Translations under genes and position numbers: made by a program | NCBI GenBank assembly: GCA_001771575.1 | Contig: MEUD01000001.1 | Location: 506,984-570,983 of the forward strand | Source of the DNA: a candidate division WOR-1 bacterium RIFOXYB2_FULL_45_9 | GTDB taxonomy: Bacteria > Margulisbacteria > WOR-1 > O2-12-FULL-45-9 > XYB2-FULL-48-7 | Direction: 5' to 3' | Length of the DNA: 64,000 nt | The notes under the pieces: generated by a model | The model's input: the letters and a program-made list of their open reading frames with translations, nothing else | What the model was told of the DNA's origin: nothing | Databases searched by the model: none | Shown here: one piece after another, positions 38,000 through 46,320 of the stretch | Position numbering within the stretch: position 1 is the first letter of the stretch | How the letters are laid out: each line of letters starts with the position of its first letter

Positions 38000-38904
38000 G
38001 CCTGGGCGATCGCTAAAAGCGCGTCACTCCTCCCTTTTCTTTCCAATAACTCGCGGTAGTAGTCGTCGACAGCCGCGTAATCCCTGTTGATTTCAAAGAC
38101 CGGCCGCTCGATCTGCGGCTTCCCGTAAAGGAGCCAGTTGCTTAGGTTGAGGAGCCCGTAGCGCTGGGCGTAAACCAGTTTGATCTTCTTAAAGCCTGCC
38201 GCCGTAAAAGCCCGTTTCAACGTTTGGCCGCTAAAGTAATTCAAGTGGGCCCTGATCCAATAAAAATCGTGATACTCCCTGGAGTTCGCCAGCAACTGGT
38301 CGGATACATTTGGGACCTCGCAGATGAATGTCCCTTTAGGTTTGAGCAGGGTTTTGATCTGCTTAAGAAAGGCGATCGGATCGGTCGTATGTTCAAGGAC
38401 GTGAAAAAGCGTCGCGACATCATACCGGCCGATAATTTCCGCTCCGGCGGCGACGTCGTGTTCCAGGATCTGCGCCGGCGTGTGCGCCTGGGCGATCGTC
38501 CGGCGTTCCCGCGAGATCTCAATCCCTTTGACCCTTTTAAAACCGGCGTCATGCAAAGCGGCGACAAAGAAGCCGTAACCGGCCCCTATATCCAGGACCG
38601 AAACTTTCCTGGGGAATAGTTTTCTGATCAGCGCGACATGGCGATCGGTGTCAAAGCGCTGGTTAGCCGCCAGCTTTTCGTAATCGATCTCTTTGCCGCG
38701 GTTCTTATCCTGCTGGTTTTGATCGTAAAATTCCTTATCATCCTCCGCGGTCGGCTTTGGGAGCAACTGGACGTGACCGCACTGTTGGCAGTCATAAACC
38801 TTGAACTTGGCCTGGTCGTCACGGAGGAAAGATTTGACCAGTTTAAATTTCCCGCCGCCGCAAAGATTACACCGGCTCAATTGTTTGTTCGGCAACTTTA
38901 CCAC
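37996..38904 (-). CDS. Class I SAM-dependent methyltransferase with N-terminal Zn ribbon
   Basis: CNLC..CQQC, LDIGAGYG, FHVLEH, EVPN. Confidence 0.88.
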   Translation of the reverse strand: MVKLPNKQLSRCNLCGGGKFKLVKSFLRDDQAKFKVYDCQQCGHVQLLPKPTAEDDKEFYDQNQQDKNRGKEIDYEKLAANQRFDTDRHVALIRKLFPRKVSVLDIGAGYGFFVAALHDAGFKRVKGIEISRERRTIAQAHTPAQILEHDVAAGAEIIGRYDVATLFHVLEHTTDPIAFLKQIKTLLKPKGTFICEVPNVSDQLLANSREYHDFYWIRAHLNYFSGQTLKRAFTAAGFKKIKLVYAQRYGLLNLSNWLLYGKPQIERPVFEINRDYAAVDDYYRELLERKGRSDALLAIAQA

Positions 38905-40354
38905 CTCTTTTAAACATTTTCATAAGCATCTCAAAACGATGCCGGCGAACTATTCCGGCCTGATAACCGATGAACAGAAAAACACCAAAAAACGCCAGTT
39001 TGATCGGCATCAGCAACAAGAACGGATAATCGATCATTTGCAAATAGAGGATCGAGGAGGAGGCGCCGTAAACCAGCGCGTAAAGAGGGAATATATGTCC
39101 CCATTCATAATCAACTTTGTAAAGGCGCTGGCCAATAACCGCCAAAGTAAAGTTCAATACCAAATAGCTGGTCAGAAACGACAGGGCTCCTCCGATCAGC
39201 CCAAACCTTGGGATCAAAACAATATTAGCCGCGACGTTTGCCAAGGTCCCCAAGATCGTGATCGGAAAGATCAAATACGCTTTCTTGGTATAAGCATATT
39301 GCAGACCGACAAAAACCCCGAATATATTGCTGGCATAGGCGCAAGCAATTATAATAATTACCGGGATCGCGGAGTAATAAGAAGGGGGAGCCATTATCAT
39401 GATGATCTCCCGGGCAAATATAACCGCCATCATAACCGGGACCATGGTCAGGTATAAAAAAACCGTGAACAATCGACCGACCGGCCTTGCCGCGGCGGCC
39501 CCTTTATCAAACACCTCGCGATAAAAAACCGGCTGGAACGAATTCCAAACCGCGCTAATTAAATTAAAAATTATCACCCCGATGTTCTGGCCGATATTAT
39601 AAATACCGACCGCGGAAAGCGAAAGCATGTTATTTAACAGATACTTATCAAAGAACCTGTTAACAAAGCCGGTCAATACTTTTGGGACTAATTGCAGTCC
39701 AAAAAGCAGGTTCTCTCCTAAAATACGTAAATTTATCTTGAAAGAAAAACCTGAATTAAAGATCAGCGCGATAACGATCGTCAGAAAAAAGTTAACGGTC
39801 AAGGTGCTAAGCAACGGCCCCATATATGACATTTTTAAGATCCCAACATAAAAAAGATTCAGCAAACTGATCAGAGTGTTCTGAACAATCATTACAACCG
39901 CGAAAAGCTTTGCTTTCTCCATTCCCTGCAAGATCGTCAAATAAAAGGTGATAATATAAGCAAAATAAACTCCCAAATAAGCGGCCAGGACAGCGTGGCC
40001 ATAGCCGGACTGTCCAATAATCAATCTGGAAATATCATCCTTAAGAAAAAATACCGCAATTGAGCTGACCGACAGCATAAAGTATAAAAATACTTGCGAA
40101 GAAACGACCAGGCCATCAAGCCTTTCTTTATCCAGGCGGTATTGGAAATAATTCCGCTGGGTGGCGCTCACCAGACCAAAGGTCAGGAGCCCGACCGCGA
40201 TCGCCGGAAAAAGATTGGCCATGATGATGATCCCGTAATCGGCCGGCCGCAGGAGCCTGGTCATGATCGGCATGGTGATCAGGCTCAAGGCGTAACCCAC
40301 AAAATTGGGGGCAGTGTAAATAATGATGTTTCGAATGTTTTTTTCTTTAAGCAA
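38867..40354 (-). CDS. wzx: Oligosaccharide flippase
   Basis: TRLLRPADYG, DKYLL, VGIY, LIPRFGLIG; 12-14 TM. Confidence 0.85.
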   Translation of the reverse strand: MLKEKNIRNIIIYTAPNFVGYALSLITMPIMTRLLRPADYGIIIMANLFPAIAVGLLTFGLVSATQRNYFQYRLDKERLDGLVVSSQVFLYFMLSVSSIAVFFLKDDISRLIIGQSGYGHAVLAAYLGVYFAYIITFYLTILQGMEKAKLFAVVMIVQNTLISLLNLFYVGILKMSYMGPLLSTLTVNFFLTIVIALIFNSGFSFKINLRILGENLLFGLQLVPKVLTGFVNRFFDKYLLNNMLSLSAVGIYNIGQNIGVIIFNLISAVWNSFQPVFYREVFDKGAAAARPVGRLFTVFLYLTMVPVMMAVIFAREIIMIMAPPSYYSAIPVIIIIACAYASNIFGVFVGLQYAYTKKAYLIFPITILGTLANVAANIVLIPRFGLIGGALSFLTSYLVLNFTLAVIGQRLYKVDYEWGHIFPLYALVYGASSSILYLQMIDYPFLLLMPIKLAFFGVFLFIGYQAGIVRRHRFEMLMKMFKRGGKVAEQTIEPV

Positions 40355-40895
40355 CAGACCGATCCTTTTTTAAAAGTCCGACTATTAATCCATCGACCAT
40401 TTTGTTTTTCAACCGATACCGCTCGCGAAGTATCGCCTCGATCTTGAACCCGGCCTTCTTAAAGATCGCGATCGATCCTAGATTATTGGCGTAGATCCCA
40501 GCTTCGATCCGTTTGAGCTTCAATTTTTTAAAACCGTAAGCGACCAGCAGTTTGATCGCTTCAGTCCCGATCCCCTTTCCCCAAAACGATTTTCGGCCAA
40601 CGGCAATACCGATCACCCCGTAGCCGTGCCGATGATTAAGATCGGAAAAAGAAATATTGCCGATGTGCAAACCGGCCGCCCGGTCAAAGATCCCGAAAAG
40701 CAATTTACGATCGCACCCCGCAAAGGAACGGACATAGGCTTCTACGGTCTTCTTCGTCTGCTTAACGTAACGCGACTCCAAATACTGGTTGACCTCGGGA
40801 TCGTTCAGCCAGTTGATGTAATCAGAGGTAATATCGCTGACCTGAAATTCCTTCAAATAAATATTTTTCCCTAAAATGATCAGCGGTTTCTTCAT
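40347..40895 (-). CDS. GNAT N-acyltransferase (RimJ/RimL-like)
   Basis: HIGNI, WGKGIGTEA, NLGSI..FKKAGF. Confidence 0.85.
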   Translation of the reverse strand: MKKPLIILGKNIYLKEFQVSDITSDYINWLNDPEVNQYLESRYVKQTKKTVEAYVRSFAGCDRKLLFGIFDRAAGLHIGNISFSDLNHRHGYGVIGIAVGRKSFWGKGIGTEAIKLLVAYGFKKLKLKRIEAGIYANNLGSIAIFKKAGFKIEAILRERYRLKNKMVDGLIVGLLKKDRSVA

Positions 40896-41932
40896 ATCAT
40901 CTCCCGGCGGACGGGCGTCCCCTTTTTGATATCCCGATTGACCTTTTTGCCAAGCAGACCGTCATAGAATTTAGGCGCCAAACCATAACCCGGCCGGATC
41001 ACCCGCAGGTTCTGTTTATTAAAAGTTTCCCCCGCTTTTATATCCTGAGCGACATAAAGCGACCGCTTATAGATCAGCGATCTTTTCTCTTCGGCGGTAG
41101 GCTCATAGCTCACCTTGCCCAATGCTTCCCAGGCCCGCCCGCTTTCTTCGACCAGCTGTTTCAATTCGGCCGGCTCGAGCGAAAAAGCGGCGTCCACTCC
41201 GCCATCAGCGCGAGATAAAGTGAAGTGCTTCTCAATAACTGTCGCGCCCAGGGCAACAGCCGCGATCGCCGCCCCCAACCCTAACGTATGGTCCGAGATC
41301 CCCGCCTGGCATTTAAAGGTTTGCCGGAGACTAGGAATCGTTAATATATTGGAGTTTTTTGGGGAAGAAGGATATGAGCTGGTGCATTTGAGCAAGACCA
41401 GGTCGCGGCAACCGGCACGGCGAGCGGCTTGGACCGTTTCCTTAAGTTCGGCAAAAGTCGCCAGACCGGTGGAAAGAATTATCGGCTTACCGGTCTTGGC
41501 AACCTTGCGGATCAGCGGCAGATCGGTATTCTCAAAAGAAGCGATCTTATAAAAAGGAACTTTCAGTTCTTCCAGAAAATCGACCGCCGTTTCATCAAAA
41601 GGAGTGCTAAAACCAATTATCCCCAATTTCTTGCACAGCTTAAAGATCGGTTTGTGCCATTCCCAAGGCGTCGCCGCTTTTTGGTAAAGGTCGTAAAGGG
41701 AAGAACCGTACCAGGGACTTTTCTTATCGCCAATGAAAAATTCACCTTTGGCAAGGTTAAGCGTCATGGTATCGGCGGTATAAGTCTGGAGTTTGAGGGC
41801 GTGGGCCCCCGCTTTCGCCGCCGCTTCAACGATCGCCAGCGCCCGGTCGAGGGACTGATTATGGTTCCCCGACATTTCCGCGATAACGAACGGCCGGTGC
41901 CCGGCCCCGATCTTGAACTTATCAAGGCTCAT
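40892..41932 (-). CDS. pseI: Pseudaminic acid synthase
   Basis: IAEMSGNHN, KLQTYTADT, TPWEWH, KIASFE, DGGVDAAFS, IRPGYGL. Confidence 0.9.
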   Translation of the reverse strand: MSLDKFKIGAGHRPFVIAEMSGNHNQSLDRALAIVEAAAKAGAHALKLQTYTADTMTLNLAKGEFFIGDKKSPWYGSSLYDLYQKAATPWEWHKPIFKLCKKLGIIGFSTPFDETAVDFLEELKVPFYKIASFENTDLPLIRKVAKTGKPIILSTGLATFAELKETVQAARRAGCRDLVLLKCTSSYPSSPKNSNILTIPSLRQTFKCQAGISDHTLGLGAAIAAVALGATVIEKHFTLSRADGGVDAAFSLEPAELKQLVEESGRAWEALGKVSYEPTAEEKRSLIYKRSLYVAQDIKAGETFNKQNLRVIRPGYGLAPKFYDGLLGKKVNRDIKKGTPVRREMI

Positions 41933-42390
41933 TATCTTAACTCCTTTGCTTTGGCCAGGACCTGAATTTGGTCTCCGGCTTTGTTTTGATAATCAAATAA
42001 TTCGTTGAAGCCGGCCTTCTTGAACGCTTTGATCGAGCCGATATTGTTCGTTTTGGCCCGGGCGATAAGCAAATCGGTCATTGGGATCGCCGCCAGAACC
42101 TTAGCGCCAAATCCCCGGCCCCTCATTTCCGGCGCGAGGTTAATGCCGACTTCCCGGGAAAAATCGTTCAACCGGTCAAAACGCAAAAGGCCGATCTTCC
42201 GCCCGCCAGACTCGACGATCAACAGTTCGCGCTCCGGGTCAGCCAGCGACTTTTGAAACCACTTCTGATGATCGACGAAACCGATCTCCGCCGAAGAAAA
42301 ACTGGCCCGCCGAGTCTCCTCGTCATTGCGCCAGCGATAAACGTCGGCGCAATCGTCCTGGGTGGCCGGCCTCATTATTATTTCAGACAT
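41932..42390 (-). CDS. pseH: GNAT acetyltransferase (PseH-like)
   Basis: WRNDEETR, HQKWF, RGRGFG; adjacent to pseI. Confidence 0.7.
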   Translation of the reverse strand: MSEIIMRPATQDDCADVYRWRNDEETRRASFSSAEIGFVDHQKWFQKSLADPERELLIVESGGRKIGLLRFDRLNDFSREVGINLAPEMRGRGFGAKVLAAIPMTDLLIARAKTNNIGSIKAFKKAGFNELFDYQNKAGDQIQVLAKAKELR

Positions 42391-43141
42391 GCTTTAAGAC
42401 CTCCAAGTCGGCGACAAAATCGTTAAGGTTGGCCGGATCGCTTTTAACCGTTTCCACCGTGATCCAGCTTTCCGCCGGGATCAGCGCCAGCAATTTAGGC
42501 AGATCGTAATCCCCCCGGCCGAAATGGCGGTGGGAATCGCGATCGCTTTGGCTGTCACCGTCGGTCAAATGGAACAGTTTCGGCTTAAGGGCTAAATATT
42601 CATTCAGATAAGCGAAAGGTTCCCGGCGCTGGGCGTTGGCCGAACAGATCGCGTGCCCGATATCAAGGCAAAAACCGGCTCCAGTTTCCCTAATAATCTG
42701 CGCGATCGCTTCCGGCGAATGGCCGTTGCAGATCTTTTGGCCGTCAACCGTCACGTACGGTTTGTTCTCGATCACGATCCGCCGGTCGCCCATGAGTTTA
42801 AGCTGGCGGACCGTTTCAGCTTCCGTTCCGCCGATCCCCGGATGAAAGATCACTATTTCAGAGCCAAGCTCGTCGGCAAAATGAAACGCTTCACCAGCCA
42901 GGCGCTGATTATCGGCGGCCGCAGAAGGAACCGCCAAATTTAACCCATGCCCGTAATGCGCGGCGTGAATAATGACCGGCACCCCTTCATCTTTCAGCGC
43001 CCGCCACAGCGGCAAAGCTTCGGCTGTTTCCGGCACGACATAAAGCTCCAGAAATTGGTAAGTCCCTTTCTGGAAAAGCCGCCGCGCTTCCGGCAGGTAT
43101 TGCCGGTTGGTCGACCATAGCTTTAAGCCGTAATTAAACAT
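42383..43141 (-). CDS. Metal-dependent TIM-barrel protein (AP endonuclease 2/xylose isomerase-like)
   Basis: HAAH, FHPG, IENKP, CLDIGH, FHLTD, DSH. Confidence 0.75.
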   Translation of the reverse strand: MFNYGLKLWSTNRQYLPEARRLFQKGTYQFLELYVVPETAEALPLWRALKDEGVPVIIHAAHYGHGLNLAVPSAAADNQRLAGEAFHFADELGSEIVIFHPGIGGTEAETVRQLKLMGDRRIVIENKPYVTVDGQKICNGHSPEAIAQIIRETGAGFCLDIGHAICSANAQRREPFAYLNEYLALKPKLFHLTDGDSQSDRDSHRHFGRGDYDLPKLLALIPAESWITVETVKSDPANLNDFVADLEVLKHV

Positions 43142-43149
43142 CTTGCTCC

Positions 43150-44451
43150 TTAGGTTAAGCGTTTGAAGCCGGAATGGCAGACCGGCCCTTTCAGGCATTT
43201 TTTCGGATCGCCGGCCGCCGCTTTGGCCAGGAACGCAAAGACTTCATCGATCGCCTGGCAATAACTGTCGACCTGTTTCGCCTGATGGGCGAAGGAAGCG
43301 TAAAAAGCGGTTGTCGCCAGAAAACCAAGTTCCAGCATCCGTTGAGTATATAAAGTTTTCATGACCAGCGGTTCAGCGGCCTTGAAAGAAAAATGGCCGA
43401 GCGGATCGATCCCACCGATCTCGATCGGCAGATTATATTTAGCGGAGGCCGCTTGCCAGGCCGCTTTGACCTGCCGCCCAACTTTGATCAGATGGGCCGG
43501 GACATTCTCTTTTTCCAGTTTGTTGATCGTCGCCAGCGAGGCGACCGGACCAAGCCGTTCGGTCCAGTAAGTACTGCTGATAAAACTATCCTGCGCCCGT
43601 TCCATGACCGATTGGCGGCCAATGATCGCCGCCATCGGATAACCGTTGCTGATCGCTTTGCCGAAGACCGCGATATCAGGCTCGAGGCCGTAAAGCAGAT
43701 GCGCTCCACCGATATTAAGCCGCCAGCCCGAGGTAATCTCGTCCAAGATCAGGACGATCCCCTTCTTGGTCGCGACCTCCCGGACGGTCTGTAAGAATTT
43801 TTTGTCCGGTTCGTCGTTCCTGATCGTTTCCATGACGATCGTTCCGACTTCATTGTCTTCGACTAGTTTCAAAAAGGCTTCGGTATCGTTATATTTAAAA
43901 GCTAACGCTGTCCCGGCCAGAGCGCGCGGCACGCCGAGCGGATTGAGGCCAGGGAGGAGATGCCCGTCAAGCGAGCGGTCATCGGAGAGGTTCGCCGCCA
44001 AGTACCAATCATGCCAGCCGTGATAGCCGCAAAAGACAACTTTATCTTTCCCCGATTTCGCCCGGCCGATCCGGACCGCGACCCCAACCGCTTCGCCGCC
44101 GCTCCGGGCGTAGCGGACCATCTGGGCCCAGGGATGAAGCTGGACCAATTTTTCCGCCAGTTCAACTTCTTCCGGCACGTTCAGGGTCGTCATGCTCCCA
44201 TTATCAACCGCCGCTTTGACCGCTTTGTTAACGTCTTGGTCGGCGTAACCGAGGATACAGGCCCCGATCCCCATGTAACTGACGTCAAGATACTTCTTCC
44301 CGTCCAGGTCCCAAACCTCGCACCCTTGCGCTTTGTCATAATAAGCCGGCCAGAAATCCGGCAGAAATAGTTCGGGTCGTTTGGAAAGGAGCTGGGTCCC
44401 GCCCGGGATCAATTTCTTCGCTTTTTTATAGAGATCTTGTGATTTGCCCAT
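43150..44451 (-). CDS. Class III PLP aminotransferase (glutamate-semialdehyde aminomutase-like)
   Basis: IPGGTQLLSK, GYHGWHDW, DEITSGWR, FGKAISNG. Confidence 0.9.
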   Translation of the reverse strand: MGKSQDLYKKAKKLIPGGTQLLSKRPELFLPDFWPAYYDKAQGCEVWDLDGKKYLDVSYMGIGACILGYADQDVNKAVKAAVDNGSMTTLNVPEEVELAEKLVQLHPWAQMVRYARSGGEAVGVAVRIGRAKSGKDKVVFCGYHGWHDWYLAANLSDDRSLDGHLLPGLNPLGVPRALAGTALAFKYNDTEAFLKLVEDNEVGTIVMETIRNDEPDKKFLQTVREVATKKGIVLILDEITSGWRLNIGGAHLLYGLEPDIAVFGKAISNGYPMAAIIGRQSVMERAQDSFISSTYWTERLGPVASLATINKLEKENVPAHLIKVGRQVKAAWQAASAKYNLPIEIGGIDPLGHFSFKAAEPLVMKTLYTQRMLELGFLATTAFYASFAHQAKQVDSYCQAIDEVFAFLAKAAAGDPKKCLKGPVCHSGFKRLT

Positions 44452-44461
44452 TGGTTCGCTC

Positions 44462-45334
44462 CTATCTCTTCAGTTCCGGGAAAAGCCCGCCAAGCTTCGC
44501 GATAAAATCGCGCGGCTCGACCAGCCGTTTCTGTTCATCCAGAATAATATGCTTCTTCCCCGACTGAACGATCGAATACAGCGGTTTTTCGGTAAGGTTG
44601 GCGCTCTGTTGTTCGCACCCTTTGATCCCGACCTGCATGTTCATTCTGGCGACGTCGGGATTATCGTCGAGCCAGGTATAGACCTCGCGCAGGTCGAGCG
44701 GCCGCCCCTTATAAAGCGCTTCGTATATTTTAGTGATCATATCGATATCGATCTTTTCGTCGATCGTCAGCCGGTATTCCGGCCGGCAAAGGTCGATGTC
44801 GATCTCGATCCCCCGGGACTTAAACTCTTCGAGATGCTCTTTAATGTAAAGCGAGATCGCCGCTCCCCGGTAATGTTTATGGACTTCGCGCATCGCGTCG
44901 AGGGAAAGCAGTTCCGATAAGGTCCCCTGGATCATCGTCATATTGGAAACGTATACCAGGTCCTGATAATTCTTCTTAAATTCTTCGACAAAACGCGATG
45001 CACTGTCGATATCAAAGATCGGCGAGTCGCAGGTCACCCGGATAAAAGCGTCAGCCCCTTCCCGTTCGCAAAGTTGAATGTGGCGATCGACGATATCTTG
45101 TTCCGCGCCGGCAAACCAGCCGCAGCCCAGGCTTTCCGCTTCTTCGATCAATGGCTTATTTTTGGGATCGTTCGAGGTCGCCAAAAACACTCCGTCCAAC
45201 CCTTGCACCGCTTTCATCCTTTCAACGTGATGGGCAAAGATCGACTTGCCAGCCATCTTTAAAAGGACTTTCCCCGGCAAACGGGTCGAAGACATCCGGG
45301 CTGTGATGGCGCCGATAACCTTTTTATTCGCCAT
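44462..45334 (-). CDS. SpsF-like cytidylyltransferase (candidate PseF function)
   Basis: ARMSSTRLPGKVL, RVTCDSP, YRLTID. Confidence 0.85.
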   Translation of the reverse strand: MANKKVIGAITARMSSTRLPGKVLLKMAGKSIFAHHVERMKAVQGLDGVFLATSNDPKNKPLIEEAESLGCGWFAGAEQDIVDRHIQLCEREGADAFIRVTCDSPIFDIDSASRFVEEFKKNYQDLVYVSNMTMIQGTLSELLSLDAMREVHKHYRGAAISLYIKEHLEEFKSRGIEIDIDLCRPEYRLTIDEKIDIDMITKIYEALYKGRPLDLREVYTWLDDNPDVARMNMQVGIKGCEQQSANLTEKPLYSIVQSGKKHIILDEQKRLVEPRDFIAKLGGLFPELKR

Positions 45335-45336
45335 AT

Positions 45337-46320
45337 TTAGATCCTTTCCCATTTTTTTGCGGCGGCCGCCCGGTCGGCGGCAAGCGCCAATTTAAGAACA
45401 GGGATATTTTTTTCGATCGAGTTGAACGTTTCCCGTCCGGCGGCGGCGCAGGCCAGAAAATATTTGATCTCGTCGACGTACATCTGGTTGTATAAAACTT
45501 CCAGTTCCATCTTTTGCCAGGCCCATTCCGGCTTTTTGACACTGATCGTGCCGATCCGGCCAAAAGCAAAATCCCAGACTGCCGTCCCCTCCTCGCTCAC
45601 CACTTTACAGCGCCGGGAGTAACCATGTTGAAGATAGTCCAAATGAATGGTCGCCACCACGCCGGATTTGAACCTGACGATCAGCTCAACGTGGTCTTCG
45701 GTGTCCATCTTTAAATTAGAGAGCATCCCTTTATCGCAAATGACCTCGACCGGTTCGCCAAAGAACCAAACCGCGTAATCAAGCTCGTGAATTGCGTCGA
45801 AAATCAAGTTGCCACCCATTTTCCGGTTCGCCATATAATGGGTTTGATAATCCTTTTTCGCGAAGGGGAGAAAAAAACCGAATTCCAGGTTCGCCCAGAG
45901 GATCCGTTTGAATTCCGGATCGGTGGTCAGGATTTCGTGGAGGAGGGCGACCGCCGGGTGAAAACGGAGGTTGCAACCGACCATCGTCACCAATTTTTTT
46001 TCCTTGACCAAGGAGGCCAGTTCCGCGACCCCGTCGAGCGAAATAGCCAGCGGTTTTTCAATGAAGAGATGGCACCCGGCGGTGGCGCAAGCCTTAGCCG
46101 GCTCTAAATGCTGATTGCTGAAAGTGCAAATGAAGGCGGCCTCCGGTTTAACTTTCGCTAACGCTTCTTCAAGCGAGAGAAAAGTTCCCCGGGTCCGGTC
46201 GGCAATTTTTTTTAAATTCTCGGCGTTCAAATCGACCGCGTAGACATCGTGCCCCAGTTCGGCCAGATTCTCGATATGCCGGCCGCCGATCGAACCGGCG
46301 CCAACTACCAGGGCCTTCAT
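45337..46320 (-). CDS. Gfo/Idh/MocA oxidoreductase
   Basis: GAGSIGGRH, FIEKP, NLRFHP, HELDY. Confidence 0.9.
   Translation of the reverse strand: MKALVVGAGSIGGRHIENLAELGHDVYAVDLNAENLKKIADRTRGTFLSLEEALAKVKPEAAFICTFSNQHLEPAKACATAGCHLFIEKPLAISLDGVAELASLVKEKKLVTMVGCNLRFHPAVALLHEILTTDPEFKRILWANLEFGFFLPFAKKDYQTHYMANRKMGGNLIFDAIHELDYAVWFFGEPVEVICDKGMLSNLKMDTEDHVELIVRFKSGVVATIHLDYLQHGYSRRCKVVSEEGTAVWDFAFGRIGTISVKKPEWAWQKMELEVLYNQMYVDEIKYFLACAAAGRETFNSIEKNIPVLKLALAADRAAAAKKWERI

Noticed and set aside
43150-44451. hemL call for the class III aminotransferase
   Set aside because: No hem genes nearby; the GYHGWHDW subtype and SpsF neighbour fit glycan-locus aminotransferases
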